From Reclinomonas americana ATCC 50394 (lineage: Eukaryota): a stretch of DNA of 64,000 nucleotides. Positions 41,138-51,072 of this stretch are shown here, in pieces. The translations under genes and the position numbers were made by a program. The notes under the pieces are model-generated. The model made no database searches. It was not told where the DNA came from and saw only the letters and a program-made list of their open reading frames with translations. Where the stretch lies: the NCBI GenBank assembly GCA_048213135.1, contig PS015009.1, positions 2,046,001 through 2,110,000 of the forward strand, written 5' to 3'. Position 1 is the first letter of the stretch; every line of letters begins with the position of its first letter.

Positions 41138-41902
41138 TCACCGCAGGTTATATTTTAATGATGCGGAAAGCGAATGCCGGGTTTGGGTTAGCGGATTTTC
41201 ACCATCCCAGTGCTGGTACATCAACTGGTAACCGGCCGAAAGCGCCATCCTGCCGCTCAGCTGCCTGGTGTATTGCAGAGAAACATCCACAACCTGGTTG
41301 TTGTGCAGCGATGCAAATGAAGGATGTGAGTAGACCGAGTTGATGATATGACCGGCGTCTTTACTCCCGGTGTGAGATATTTCCGGTGTGCGATAAACTA
41401 CGCCTGCCAGCGGCACCTGTACATCCACAGTCACCTCGTCCCTGTTGCGGGTATAGCGCAGCGACTGGTACCAGCCGATAACATTGTAACTGTTCCACGA
41501 AGCGGCTGCCGACGTATTGCCTGGCGAATATCCGGCCTGCGTGGCTGCGAAGTAGCCTTCATACAAACTGAAGGGTCCGCCTTTGCGGAGAAGCACATTG
41601 TAGCCATCCATCAGGCGCAGGCTGAAACTATGCTGGCGGATATGATCATCTTTATAATTAACTGTATTGTAATCGCCCTGCAATACGGTTCTTCTTTTAC
41701 TGCCTTCTTTTATCAGCCTTGCAAAAAACTGTATGCCATTACCATTCGCATGAGCGGGAGAAAGAAGACTGTCGCTGGTTCCGGTAAATGTAAATCCTGC
41801 GCCTGCTTCCACCCCAACCGACGGTTGCTGGGCTTTTACTGCAAGTGAAAGAATAAGTAAAGGGAGCGATAAAATAAAACGGGAGCCGGGTTTGTTCTTC
41901 AT
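41138..41902 (-). CDS. Hypothetical exported protein, probable outer-membrane beta-barrel
   Basis: Signal peptide; alternating beta pattern; C-terminal LSASLKYNL. Confidence 0.65.
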   Translation of the reverse strand: MKNKPGSRFILSLPLLILSLAVKAQQPSVGVEAGAGFTFTGTSDSLLSPAHANGNGIQFFARLIKEGSKRRTVLQGDYNTVNYKDDHIRQHSFSLRLMDGYNVLLRKGGPFSLYEGYFAATQAGYSPGNTSAAASWNSYNVIGWYQSLRYTRNRDEVTVDVQVPLAGVVYRTPEISHTGSKDAGHIINSVYSHPSFASLHNNQVVDVSLQYTRQLSGRMALSAGYQLMYQHWDGENPLTQTRHSLSASLKYNLR

Positions 41903-41907
41903 AGTTA

Positions 41908-43161
41908 TTAATTGAATTTTCTTACTTTACTGTAGATGTAATCTCTTAATGACAGGTTGATAGAAAGCTGTGCGAAGTTCTCTTTAATGAGTCCTGATTT
42001 TGTGGTACCTCTTGTTCCGGCTGCCAGCGAAATACCAATGAGCAGGCGGTTCTTCAGCGATCTTTTGATGCCCGCGGTAACAGCATATTCGTCGATGCTC
42101 TGCCCGTTCAGTTCGAGGTAAGAACTGTTATAATAAGCGCCTACCTGGAAGGAACGGGGTTGCACGCTTTTGTCATTGCTTTTAGGCAGCCTGGCGAATT
42201 CCGCTCCCGCGCCAATGCGGAAAGCATCTTTCAATTTCCACTTGGTTCCCTTATAATCCAGTGCCGTCCAGTTGTAATAGCTGTAATCCAGCGCGAAGCT
42301 GTTGCCCTTACTGTTGCTGAAGCCGACACCTGCGCCATAGGTAGCCGGCAACTTGAAGCCGTTGTATTTAATGAAGTCCTCATCAATAAAAGTGGTACTG
42401 TTATCACTGACGGTAAGCGCTCTTTCAAAATTCATTCTGCTTTGCGGCGCATAAGTAAAGCCGGCTGAGAACACATTTTTTTTCCCGGGATCGGTATTGT
42501 ACAACAAACCCGTCTCCAGCCGGTAGTTACCATAATAATCCCTGCGGGTACTTTCAATATAAAGTCCGCTGGCATCGGAGAAACTTTCCGTTTGCGTAAT
42601 GGGCCCTGCAATAAATGAAGTGGTAATGCCTGCCGACAGGTGTTTGCCAATATTGAAAGCATTGTTCAGGAAATATTCATTCAGTCCGCCATTGCCGGTA
42701 TAGTAGGCCAGGTATTTATTGGACGACCCTTCTATAGAGCGCCAGTCGCTGAATTCATAGTTCACTGAACTAAACTGCCGGAAACCGACACTGCTTGCCC
42801 AGAAGCCGGTGATTTTTTCCGAAAGGGAAATATGTTTGATCGTAAAATCTTTTCCCGCGCTGTTGGAAGAGTTGATAGGATCGCCATGATAACCCACTAT
42901 TTTGCCGGTAGTGCCCGCATCGAAAATGAGCAGGCTCCTGGGTAACCCTGCGGCGGAAGCGGGATTGTTACCCGGAGAAAAGTAATTGCTTTTAAGGCCG
43001 ATACCGGCATACCCGCTGCCGGAGTTCATGTTGTACCGTTGCATATCAATTTCACCGATGCCATAGGCAGAGTAGGGGTTGTTCATATCCTGCGCTATGG
43101 CACAGGCAGACAGTAACAGGCCAATGCCGCAAAAACCGAGTCTTTTATATACAGGGGTCAT
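41908..43161 (-). CDS. Outer-membrane beta-barrel protein (FadL/PorV-like superfamily)
   Basis: 'NPYSAYGIG', 'NPAS', 'LPATYGAG', 'RGT...LIKEN'. Confidence 0.75.
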   Translation of the reverse strand: MTPVYKRLGFCGIGLLLSACAIAQDMNNPYSAYGIGEIDMQRYNMNSGSGYAGIGLKSNYFSPGNNPASAAGLPRSLLIFDAGTTGKIVGYHGDPINSSNSAGKDFTIKHISLSEKITGFWASSVGFRQFSSVNYEFSDWRSIEGSSNKYLAYYTGNGGLNEYFLNNAFNIGKHLSAGITTSFIAGPITQTESFSDASGLYIESTRRDYYGNYRLETGLLYNTDPGKKNVFSAGFTYAPQSRMNFERALTVSDNSTTFIDEDFIKYNGFKLPATYGAGVGFSNSKGNSFALDYSYYNWTALDYKGTKWKLKDAFRIGAGAEFARLPKSNDKSVQPRSFQVGAYYNSSYLELNGQSIDEYAVTAGIKRSLKNRLLIGISLAAGTRGTTKSGLIKENFAQLSINLSLRDYIYSKVRKFN

Positions 43162-43163
43162 AA

Positions 43164-44483
43164 TTATCTTTTTACAGTGATCAGGGAAAGAATAAGCTGG
43201 GCGCTTTTACCCGGGCTCGTGGAATAACTCAACAGGGCACGGCTCATCGATGTCATGGAGCCTGCCTGGTTCTCGATAACAAACAAGGCGTGGTCATCTG
43301 TACTTGTATTTTTAATGATATCGTTGACATAGCTGGTCACATCAAAAGCATAATAAGCGGGTGTATCATATATGTTGTCGAGTACCGGTGCTGCGGATAC
43401 CAGTGCACCATCGGATGTATACACCATGCTTCCTGGCACATTGGACGCATCTGTCCGTATAAAGGAAAGGCTGGCGGGAAGCCGCATTTTATACAAATCA
43501 AAGCTGCCTTCTTTTGCCCTTAGCAACAAAGTAGCCGCCAGCAGTTTGGTGGTCGTGTCTGCCTGTATGGCGGCGCGGGTACCCGGGAAAGATATCTTCG
43601 CCATCACGCCGGTGGTCCCCTGCGAATAAGCTATACCGTTAGTTAAGGACACGGGAACTTCGCCGGTCCCGTTGCCGATAACGTTGCCCAGGGTGGTTCC
43701 TGACCTGTTGGTACGTACCTGGTTAAAATAAATGCCGTTGATATAGGTCTTCATGTCAATGTTGTGTGCCTCGGGATATGGGATGGTGTTGTGGTAATGT
43801 AACCGTACCGTTACAGTGTCGTTTATGCCGACTACCAGGGAAGGATTGCTTCCTGTGTAGGCAATGGAGATGCCGCGGAAATAGGCCAGGAACTGGTCCT
43901 GAGATTGTACTTCGTCGGCTTTCAGCCTGATCTTACTGAACAACTCCTGTCCTTTTGTATCAGATAGTTTTATACTGATGGAGTCGTCTGCCTGGGGTTT
44001 AATAAAAAAGGTTTGCGATCCCAGGCTGGTTGACTTCTCAGCGATAGAGGACGTGTTATATAAGTAATAAGAATACGTATAATCAATTTTCTGGCTTAAC
44101 TCTTTTACCTCGAATGTTTGCGCTTGCGTGGTATCGCCATAGAATACTTTATTGGGCCTGAGGATAAGCGTGATGGAATCGTATACCGCGTCGGGTGTGA
44201 TATCTACGGCCGGTGGAACGGTAAGCTCCAGGAAAGGCTTGGTACTGATCAATCCCAATGCGGGATCGCGGTAGCTGCCCACCAGCAGGGAAGAGGGTTT
44301 TGTTGTGGAAAAGGAATCCATCACATAAGTGGACATGACGGCATTAATGGTATCCACGCTGGTGACTTTGATATAGGAATCAGCCTGGTCGGTACCAAAC
44401 TGGATCTCGCTTTTGGTGCAGGAAAGCAAAGCCAGCAGCGGAGTACAGGCGAAGAGGAACAAGTAGAATACAGTTGATCGCAT
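43164..44483 (-). CDS. DUF4270-like lipoprotein
   Basis: Lipobox LLSC; 'LLVGSYRDP..G', 'YDSITL.L', 'F..YFRGI'. Confidence 0.7.
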   Translation of the reverse strand: MRSTVFYLFLFACTPLLALLSCTKSEIQFGTDQADSYIKVTSVDTINAVMSTYVMDSFSTTKPSSLLVGSYRDPALGLISTKPFLELTVPPAVDITPDAVYDSITLILRPNKVFYGDTTQAQTFEVKELSQKIDYTYSYYLYNTSSIAEKSTSLGSQTFFIKPQADDSISIKLSDTKGQELFSKIRLKADEVQSQDQFLAYFRGISIAYTGSNPSLVVGINDTVTVRLHYHNTIPYPEAHNIDMKTYINGIYFNQVRTNRSGTTLGNVIGNGTGEVPVSLTNGIAYSQGTTGVMAKISFPGTRAAIQADTTTKLLAATLLLRAKEGSFDLYKMRLPASLSFIRTDASNVPGSMVYTSDGALVSAAPVLDNIYDTPAYYAFDVTSYVNDIIKNTSTDDHALFVIENQAGSMTSMSRALLSYSTSPGKSAQLILSLITVKR

Positions 44484-44528
44484 CGGTTGGTATTTATAGT
44501 GATTTCCTGCGCAAAGTATTCACGACGC

Positions 44529-44724
44529 CGGTTGAAGAGTTGTTATAGTAGACCAATGACGGCGAAATATCTGCTGATCGGCCTCTCTTCCCTACGAATG
44601 ACAATGAAGTATTTTTTAACCTGCAAATGCAGTCAGGATGATGCCCGGAAGCACCCGCAGATGTGATGTACCGATCTATCTATACAGCGTTCCTGTTCAT
44701 CTATTTTAAGACCTTGTTAGGCGG
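44529..44724. promoter_or_regulatory. Putative LytTR-type direct repeats (about 21-bp period) at divergent promoters
   Basis: Minus strand TTCAACCG, TTGGTCTA, ATCAGCAG, TTCGTAGG at 44529, 44549, 44571, 44591; plus strand TCTATCTA, TTCATCTA, TTAGGCGG at 44675, 44696, 44717. Confidence 0.45.
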
Positions 44725-44758
44725 TCCGGCCTGTACTTTAGCCGAAAATTTTACCTAT

Positions 44759-45799
44759 ATGATCAAGTCTGCAATTCTTTATTCCGCTATGGCCGGCGGT
44801 CTTTTATTCACCATGTCGGGATGTACCAAGGCCGGCGACGACAGCTCCGATATCATCGGTAACTGGGTGAGCGCTTCTTATTTCGGCGGCAATGCCCGCA
44901 GTGAGGCTGTATCCTTCACCATTGGTGATAAAGCATATTTAACTACCGGTTGCACCAACCGCGATCGTTTTGTCGATCTCTGGGAATATGACCTGGATAA
45001 AAAGTACTGGACCAGGAAGGCCAACTTTCCCGGTGTAGCCAGGAACTCTGCCGTTGCTTTTTCAATCGGCGGTAAAGGATATGTAGGAACGGGCTATGAC
45101 GGTACCAATTATTTAAAGGACTTCTGGGAGTATGATCCGGCAACGGACACATGGACACAGAAAGCTGATTTCGGCGGGACAGGCCGTTTTGATGCGGTAG
45201 GTTTTTCACTCAATGGCAGTGGTTATATCTGTGCAGGATACGATGGCAACTATTTGGGTGATCTCTGGCAGTACATACCCGGCGCCACTTCGGCTGATCC
45301 GGGATCGTGGGTACAAAGGGCGAGTATTGGTGGTTACAAACGTACCGCGGCTTCAGTTTTTGTACTGAATAATAAAGCCTACGTGGTTTCAGGAAATAAT
45401 AACGGCATAGCGCTTGACGATATGTGGGCTTATGACCAAACTACTGATTCCTGGACGGAAAAAAGAAGGATCATCAATTTCAGTACGGAATCATACGATG
45501 ATAACTATTCGGGTCTTTCGCGATACAATGCCTCCGCGTTCGTAATGGGCGGACTGGCGTACCTCACACTGGGCGAGAGTTCCGGGCAGACGGCCACTAC
45601 CTGGGAGTATAACGATCAAACCGACCAATGGACACAGAAGACCAGTTTTGAAGGATCCATCCGGACAGGTACAGTTGCTTTTACACTGAAAGATCGTGGC
45701 TTTGTACTTACCGGCAGGAACGGCACCTTATCAAGTACGGTATCATATGATAATATGTTTGAGTTTCATCCGAAAGAAGAGCAGGTCGATAATGATTAA
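44759..45799 (+). CDS. Kelch-repeat lipoprotein
   Basis: Repeated 'R..AV.F.IG.K.YV..G...D.WEYD....W'; lipobox-like MSGC; start trimmed to 44759. Confidence 0.88.
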   Translation: MIKSAILYSAMAGGLLFTMSGCTKAGDDSSDIIGNWVSASYFGGNARSEAVSFTIGDKAYLTTGCTNRDRFVDLWEYDLDKKYWTRKANFPGVARNSAVAFSIGGKGYVGTGYDGTNYLKDFWEYDPATDTWTQKADFGGTGRFDAVGFSLNGSGYICAGYDGNYLGDLWQYIPGATSADPGSWVQRASIGGYKRTAASVFVLNNKAYVVSGNNNGIALDDMWAYDQTTDSWTEKRRIINFSTESYDDNYSGLSRYNASAFVMGGLAYLTLGESSGQTATTWEYNDQTDQWTQKTSFEGSIRTGTVAFTLKDRGFVLTGRNGTLSSTVSYDNMFEFHPKEEQVDND

Positions 45800-45811
45800 A
45801 ATACAGGTTAA

Positions 45812-45872
45812 TTAATATGCAAATGTGCGAATTATCCTATCCGCACATTTGCATATTAACAGATTTGCACAT
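45812..45872. repeat. Perfect 18-bp inverted repeat composed of octamer units
   Basis: TTAATATGCAAATGTGCG / CGCACATTTGCATATTAA, continuing CAGATTTG CACAT; no U-tract. Confidence 0.85.
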
Positions 45873-45972
45873 ACGCTTGGTCACAACTAAAAGTTAAAAG
45901 CAGTTGAACAGTTACCGGTTCAAAGCAAGGGCGCTTACTTTTAACCGTGAACATGATCACTAAACACGCACT

Positions 45973-47199
45973 ATGAATTTTATTTATACCCTGTTTGGTT
46001 TCAGAACTGCGGAAAGTAAACGACAGCGATGGCTGGTAATACTGGTGCATTGCCTGGGCTGGCTTACTTTTTTCTCATTGCCCATTTTGTTTTTTAATAT
46101 CGAAATCACCAATAAGAATTTTCTTCTTAAGGAGTGTATCAATAAATTATTCCTTGTCGCGTTTTTCTATTTCAATTACTATTTCCTGCTGCCGAATTTC
46201 TTCCTGAAGGGAAAACGCAGGATGTATTTCCTGCTGGTCATCATCTGCTTTTTATTCCTGATGGTACAGCAGGTGGTGGCGGAACGCTACCTGCTGAGTA
46301 AGATGCTCTTCTATTCAGGCACCGTACCGCCACCGGCCGGTCCGGGTATGCGCATCATACAAAGAGGTGGTCCCGATTCGCAACCTTTCACCATCGCGTT
46401 TGCCGGCCCGCCTGATACGGCCATGCTCCGCAACCGGGGCGGCCATTTCAGGAGCATACGGGGAGGCGCCGTGGGCGTGGGTTTTATGCCCATGATGTTT
46501 TACATACGTACCCTTACCGGGTTGCTGTCGAATGTGTTTGTGATGCTGCTGCTGGGCGGGTTTATTTACCTGGCGTTTTCCTTTTTTAAAAGCCAGAGTG
46601 AAAAAAAGCTGCTGGAGAATGCCAACCTCACCGCGGAGAACAACCTGCTCAAATCACAGATCAACCCTCACTTCCTGTTCAACACGCTCAACAGTATTTA
46701 TGCACTGGCCCTGCAGAAATCCGACAGGACAGAGTTGTCTATCATGAAACTGTCGGAAATATTGCGTTACATGGTTTATGAAACGGGATCGGAAAAGATA
46801 TTGCTTGAAAAAGATATCTATTACATATCCAGTTACATTGAATTGCAGCGTTTGCGGCTCTCATCACGTGTACCCATCGACTACGAGGTAAAGGGCAACC
46901 TCAATCATGTGTATATATCACCGCTGATCCTGATCACATTCGTGGAGAATGCTTTTAAGCATGGCATCAGCTTTACAAAAGGACAGGGCATTGGTATACT
47001 GATAGAAGTTATTGATAAAACTTTAACACTTCGCGTGCATAATCCTGTTGCAAAAACGGGTCTTCACGGTGCCGGCGGAATTGGCCAAAAAAATGCTAAA
47101 AGAAGGTTAGACCTGCTCTATCCTGGCAAGTATTGGCTTACTATTGCCACCGAAAATGAAACCTATGTTGTAACATTAAAAATGGACCTGCACCAGTGA
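45973..47199 (+). CDS. LytS/YehU-type sensor histidine kinase
   Basis: LKSQINPHFLFNTLN, LRY, FVENAFKHG. Confidence 0.93.
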   Translation: MNFIYTLFGFRTAESKRQRWLVILVHCLGWLTFFSLPILFFNIEITNKNFLLKECINKLFLVAFFYFNYYFLLPNFFLKGKRRMYFLLVIICFLFLMVQQVVAERYLLSKMLFYSGTVPPPAGPGMRIIQRGGPDSQPFTIAFAGPPDTAMLRNRGGHFRSIRGGAVGVGFMPMMFYIRTLTGLLSNVFVMLLLGGFIYLAFSFFKSQSEKKLLENANLTAENNLLKSQINPHFLFNTLNSIYALALQKSDRTELSIMKLSEILRYMVYETGSEKILLEKDIYYISSYIELQRLRLSSRVPIDYEVKGNLNHVYISPLILITFVENAFKHGISFTKGQGIGILIEVIDKTLTLRVHNPVAKTGLHGAGGIGQKNAKRRLDLLYPGKYWLTIATENETYVVTLKMDLHQ

Positions 47200-47894
47200 T
47201 TAACTGCCTGATCATAGATGACGAGCCGCTGGCCGTCGATATACTCACCTCTTACATTCAGAAAGTATCTTTCCTTAAACTGGAAGCATCCTGTAATGAT
47301 CCGTTACAGGCACTGGAATACCTGGGTAACAACCAGATCGACCTGCTCTTTCTTGATGTGCATATGCCGGGGATCAATGGCCTCGACTTTTTCAGAACAC
47401 TTCATAAAAAACCGGAAGTGATATTCACTACGGCCTACAGCAAATACGCTTTTGAAGGCTTTGAACTGAAAGCCGTGGATTACCTGCTGAAGCCTATTTC
47501 ACTTGAACGTTTCATTACATCGGTGAACAGGGCAAAAGACTACCTGGACTATAAGAACAACAGCGCCGCGGTGGAAAAGGACTATTTCTTCATCAACGCT
47601 TCCTATAAGATCCACAAAGTATTTTACAGCGACATTATTTACCTGGAAGGGCTTAAAGACTATACCAAGATATACCTGGAAGGCAACCCTAACCCGCTGC
47701 TCATTTTGCAGAACCTGAAATATTTCGAGGATTTTTTGCCTAAAGAAGATTTTGTACGGATACACCGGTCTTTCATGATATCCGTTCGTAAACTCAATAC
47801 CATTACCCGCAAACTGGTCACTATCGGTAGTTTTTCCATGCCGGTAAGTGATAACTACAGGGAAAGGCTGTTCTCGATCATAAACGCGGGCTAG
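47196..47894 (+). CDS. LytTR-family response regulator
   Basis: DDEPLA, FLDVHMP, DYLLKP, FVRIHRSF. Confidence 0.94.
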   Translation: MINCLIIDDEPLAVDILTSYIQKVSFLKLEASCNDPLQALEYLGNNQIDLLFLDVHMPGINGLDFFRTLHKKPEVIFTTAYSKYAFEGFELKAVDYLLKPISLERFITSVNRAKDYLDYKNNSAAVEKDYFFINASYKIHKVFYSDIIYLEGLKDYTKIYLEGNPNPLLILQNLKYFEDFLPKEDFVRIHRSFMISVRKLNTITRKLVTIGSFSMPVSDNYRERLFSIINAG

Positions 47895-47896
47895 TT

Positions 47897-47952
47897 TTCA
47901 CATTATAATAATAGTTTATTCACAGTTTGGCAACATGCATCGCTGACTTTTG
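47897..47952 (+). promoter_or_regulatory. Four 11-bp-periodic boxes plus -7-like element upstream of the PlcP-like gene
   Basis: TTCACAT 47897, ATAATAG 47908, TTCACAG 47919, GCAACAT 47930; GACTTTTG ending at 47952. Confidence 0.7.
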
Positions 47953-47973
47953 TTTGGATAAAACCAAACCACC

Positions 47974-48825
47974 CTGGAAAAAAGAAAGATAGATGTTGTG
48001 GTCATTTCTGATGTTCATCTTGGCACATACGGCTGCCGGGCAAAAGAACTTTGCCGCTATCTTTCCACTATCGATCCCGCTATACTGGTGCTGAACGGTG
48101 ACATTGTCGACATCTGGCAGTTCAGTAAAAAATACTGGCCTAAAAGTCATATGCAGGTGGTGAAACAGATCACCAGCATGCTTACCCGCGGTGTAAAGGT
48201 CTACTATGTTACCGGCAATCACGATGAAATGCTGCGCCGCTTTGAACATTTCTCCCTTGGTGATTTTCATATTGTAAACAAACTGGTACTGCATCATCAT
48301 GACGGGCAGAAAAGCTGGATATTTCATGGAGACGTTTTCGATGTAACCATGAAACACAGCAAGTGGCTGGCACGACTTGGTGCTGTAGGATACGATACCC
48401 TCATTCTCCTGAATTCTTTTATCAATGCCATCAGTGAAAAACTCGGTAAAGGAAGAATATCACTTTCCAAAAAAATTAAGAACTCCGTTAAATCGGCCAT
48501 ATCATTCATCAACAATTTCGAACAAACAGCGGCGGATATCGCGTTTGAGAAAGGCTACAACAATGTGATCTGCGGTCATATTCATCAGCCTGGGAAAAAG
48601 ACCATGCGCAAAGGCCCGCGGGAAGTGACTTACCTCAATTCCGGCGACTGGGTAGAGAACCTGACAGCGCTGGAATGCCACAACAATGAATGGAACATTT
48701 ACTATTACCAGGAAGATCAGCTGGTAAAGGAACTGAATGAGTCTTTCTACCTCGATGAAGCCGCCTACCTGCACACCACCGAGTTGTTCAAAATGATGAT
48801 GCAGGACTTTGACATCGCATCCTGA
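47974..48825 (+). CDS. Calcineurin-like metallophosphoesterase, PlcP/LpxH2-type
   Basis: SDVHLG, GDIVD.W, GNHD, HGD.FD, CGHIH, N.GDWVE; probable CTG start at 47974. Confidence 0.85.
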   Translation: MEKRKIDVVVISDVHLGTYGCRAKELCRYLSTIDPAILVLNGDIVDIWQFSKKYWPKSHMQVVKQITSMLTRGVKVYYVTGNHDEMLRRFEHFSLGDFHIVNKLVLHHHDGQKSWIFHGDVFDVTMKHSKWLARLGAVGYDTLILLNSFINAISEKLGKGRISLSKKIKNSVKSAISFINNFEQTAADIAFEKGYNNVICGHIHQPGKKTMRKGPREVTYLNSGDWVENLTALECHNNEWNIYYYQEDQLVKELNESFYLDEAAYLHTTELFKMMMQDFDIAS

Positions 48826-48830
48826 TAATT

Positions 48831-49886
48831 ATGAAAGTACTATACGCCATACAGGCCACCGGCAACGGGCACATCAGCCGGGCTAACGAGATCATTCCCT
48901 ATCTTGAAAAAAAATGCGACCTCGACATCCTCGTCAGCGGCAGCCAGTCTGAAGTGGAACTGGGGCATTTTATCCGTTACCGCCGCAAAGGATTGAGTTT
49001 TGTGTTTGGAAAAAATGGCGGCATCGATTTCCTGAAAACACTGCAGCAGTTACAATCCCGTAAATTCCTGGAAGAGATCAGGACCTTTCCTGTAGATGAT
49101 TACGATCTTGTAATTAACGACTTTGAACCCATCAGTGCCTGGGCCTGTAAAACCCGCAATGTGCCCTGCATTGCCATGAGTCACCAATACGCGGTACTGC
49201 ATAAAGATGCGCCCCGGCCGGGCAAGTCAGACCCTATGGCCTGGATGGTACTGCGTTATTATGCACCCTGCAAAACGGGTGTGGGCTTTCATTTTCAGTC
49301 ATACGCCCAGGATGTATATACGCCGGTGATCCGTAGCGGGATCAGGAATGCCTATGTACGCAACCTGGGACATTATACCGTATATCTTCCTGCTTATCAT
49401 GAAGACAAACTGGTGAAAGTATTGTCAAAGTACAAAGATGTGCAATGGCATATTTTTTCCAAACATTGCAAAAAATCATACGGCGAAGGCAATTGCTGGG
49501 TACGACCGGTAAACAGCTTTGATTTTACTTCCAGTTTTGTCAACTGCGAGGGGATCATCACCGGCGGTGGTTTTGAAACGCCTGCTGAAGCCCTGTTCAT
49601 GGGCAAGAAACTGCTGGTAGTGCCAATGAAACAACAATACGAACAGCAATGCAATGCGGAAGGGCTAAAAAGATTAGGCGTACCCGTAATCAAAAGCCTG
49701 AAGAAAAAACACCATCATGTGATTGAGGAATGGCTGAATAGCGGGGAGGTATTGCAAATGGATTTTCCCGACCAGACGGAAAAGATCATCGATCATATAT
49801 TTGACCAGGCGAGGGGTTTGAAGAACGCCGTTAAAAAGATCAGTCTGCCGCAGGGCATGATCACTTCTTTACAGCCTGCCACATAA
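48831..49886 (+). CDS. Glycosyltransferase (GT-B, GT28-like)
   Basis: TGNGHISRA, INDFEP, GGFETPAEAL..GK..VP...QYEQ.CNA. Confidence 0.85.
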   Translation: MKVLYAIQATGNGHISRANEIIPYLEKKCDLDILVSGSQSEVELGHFIRYRRKGLSFVFGKNGGIDFLKTLQQLQSRKFLEEIRTFPVDDYDLVINDFEPISAWACKTRNVPCIAMSHQYAVLHKDAPRPGKSDPMAWMVLRYYAPCKTGVGFHFQSYAQDVYTPVIRSGIRNAYVRNLGHYTVYLPAYHEDKLVKVLSKYKDVQWHIFSKHCKKSYGEGNCWVRPVNSFDFTSSFVNCEGIITGGGFETPAEALFMGKKLLVVPMKQQYEQQCNAEGLKRLGVPVIKSLKKKHHHVIEEWLNSGEVLQMDFPDQTEKIIDHIFDQARGLKNAVKKISLPQGMITSLQPAT

Positions 49887-49894
49887 TCTCCTTT

Positions 49895-50977
49895 TTATTT
49901 AGACAACAATACCGAGTAAGACGGACCTGCCACAGGATGCGATGCGGTAAAGTATTTACCCAGGTGCCTGGCAATGGTTTGCGCAAACTCTTCATTGAAC
50001 ACTTCTGCTTCAGAACGAACTTCACCCAGCGGCGCAATACCAGGCCCAAGCTGCATCAGCCAGGTTTCATCGGAACCGCCGGTGAAAGGCCCATGTACTG
50101 ACCAGTTGCCGGGTTTCCTGCCGCGGCCATGATCTGTAGTAATGAAGAGGGTTGTTTTGTCGCGGTAAAAAGGATCACGTTGCAATAAGGTCCACAGGTC
50201 AGAAAGGAATTTATCAAACTGGTTGGCCTGGTTAAGGTAATTGTCATACTGGCTATGATGGGCGAATTCATCTGTTTCACCAAAACCAATATGCACGATA
50301 CGCGGGTGTTTTTTACGGATGTATTCTGTTGCCATAGTGAAAGTAAGCAAGTCGGTACGTGTGGGCAATGAAGCGTCTTCACTGTTTTGCTGCAGGTAAT
50401 TGACGGCCTGCTCGGTCAACGTAAGCGAATCGCTTGCGGCAGGCTGGTAACCGCAGTTGAGCGGTATTTTTTGCGAAGTACCGTTAAGGATATATTCAAA
50501 CAGTTTCCACGATCCGAAGCTGACTACGGAATTGCGGTACTCTTCCAGTGTATTCAGGTAGGCCAGCAGGTTGCTGTTGCTGTTGTTGCGGGCTTTGTTG
50601 GTCATGATGGACGGATCTGCAAAGCCGGTGAATATTTCGTTGTAGCCGGCATAAGAAAAACGGTAAGGGTTGACAACCGATACTTTATTGCCCCACTCCC
50701 GGTTGCCCCACAGCTGGCCTTTTGCGGCGATATAATTCCAGGTGAAAGGCATCAGTTTTTTCCTGCGCTCTTCCGGTGAATCGCCCCAGTACAGGTAACG
50801 CATGGTTGCGGTGTCTTTTACAAACTTATCGTTGAAGAAAATGGCGGAGTCGGCACCCTGGAATAATTCCTGCCAGCGATACCCGTCGGTAGTAATGATG
50901 ATGATGTTTTCAGCATTGTTCTGTGCGTCGGAGGAAAGGGATAAACTCAGCAACAGGGCCAGCCACAGTTGTTTCAT
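49895..50977 (-). CDS. Alkaline-phosphatase-superfamily exported protein
   Basis: Signal peptide; IITTDG.RWQE, SYAGY.E, ETDEFAH, TTDHGRG. Confidence 0.85.
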   Translation of the reverse strand: MKQLWLALLLSLSLSSDAQNNAENIIIITTDGYRWQELFQGADSAIFFNDKFVKDTATMRYLYWGDSPEERRKKLMPFTWNYIAAKGQLWGNREWGNKVSVVNPYRFSYAGYNEIFTGFADPSIMTNKARNNSNSNLLAYLNTLEEYRNSVVSFGSWKLFEYILNGTSQKIPLNCGYQPAASDSLTLTEQAVNYLQQNSEDASLPTRTDLLTFTMATEYIRKKHPRIVHIGFGETDEFAHHSQYDNYLNQANQFDKFLSDLWTLLQRDPFYRDKTTLFITTDHGRGRKPGNWSVHGPFTGGSDETWLMQLGPGIAPLGEVRSEAEVFNEEFAQTIARHLGKYFTASHPVAGPSYSVLLSK

Positions 50978-51007
50978 GAGATGTTGTTTAGCAAAGAACA
51001 ACTATGC

Positions 51008-51047
51008 GGGTAACTCATTTGTCAAGAGAACGTTATCTTATCATTAA
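51008..51047 (-). promoter_or_regulatory. 11-bp-periodic boxes upstream of the phosphatase-superfamily gene
   Basis: Plus-strand ACGTTAT 51030 and TCATTAA 51041 (good); TTGTCAA 51019 and GGGTAAC 51008 (weak); minus-strand TTTG at 50992-50995. Confidence 0.5.
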
Positions 51048-51072
51048 TAGTAAATCGTAAACAAGCAGTTTA

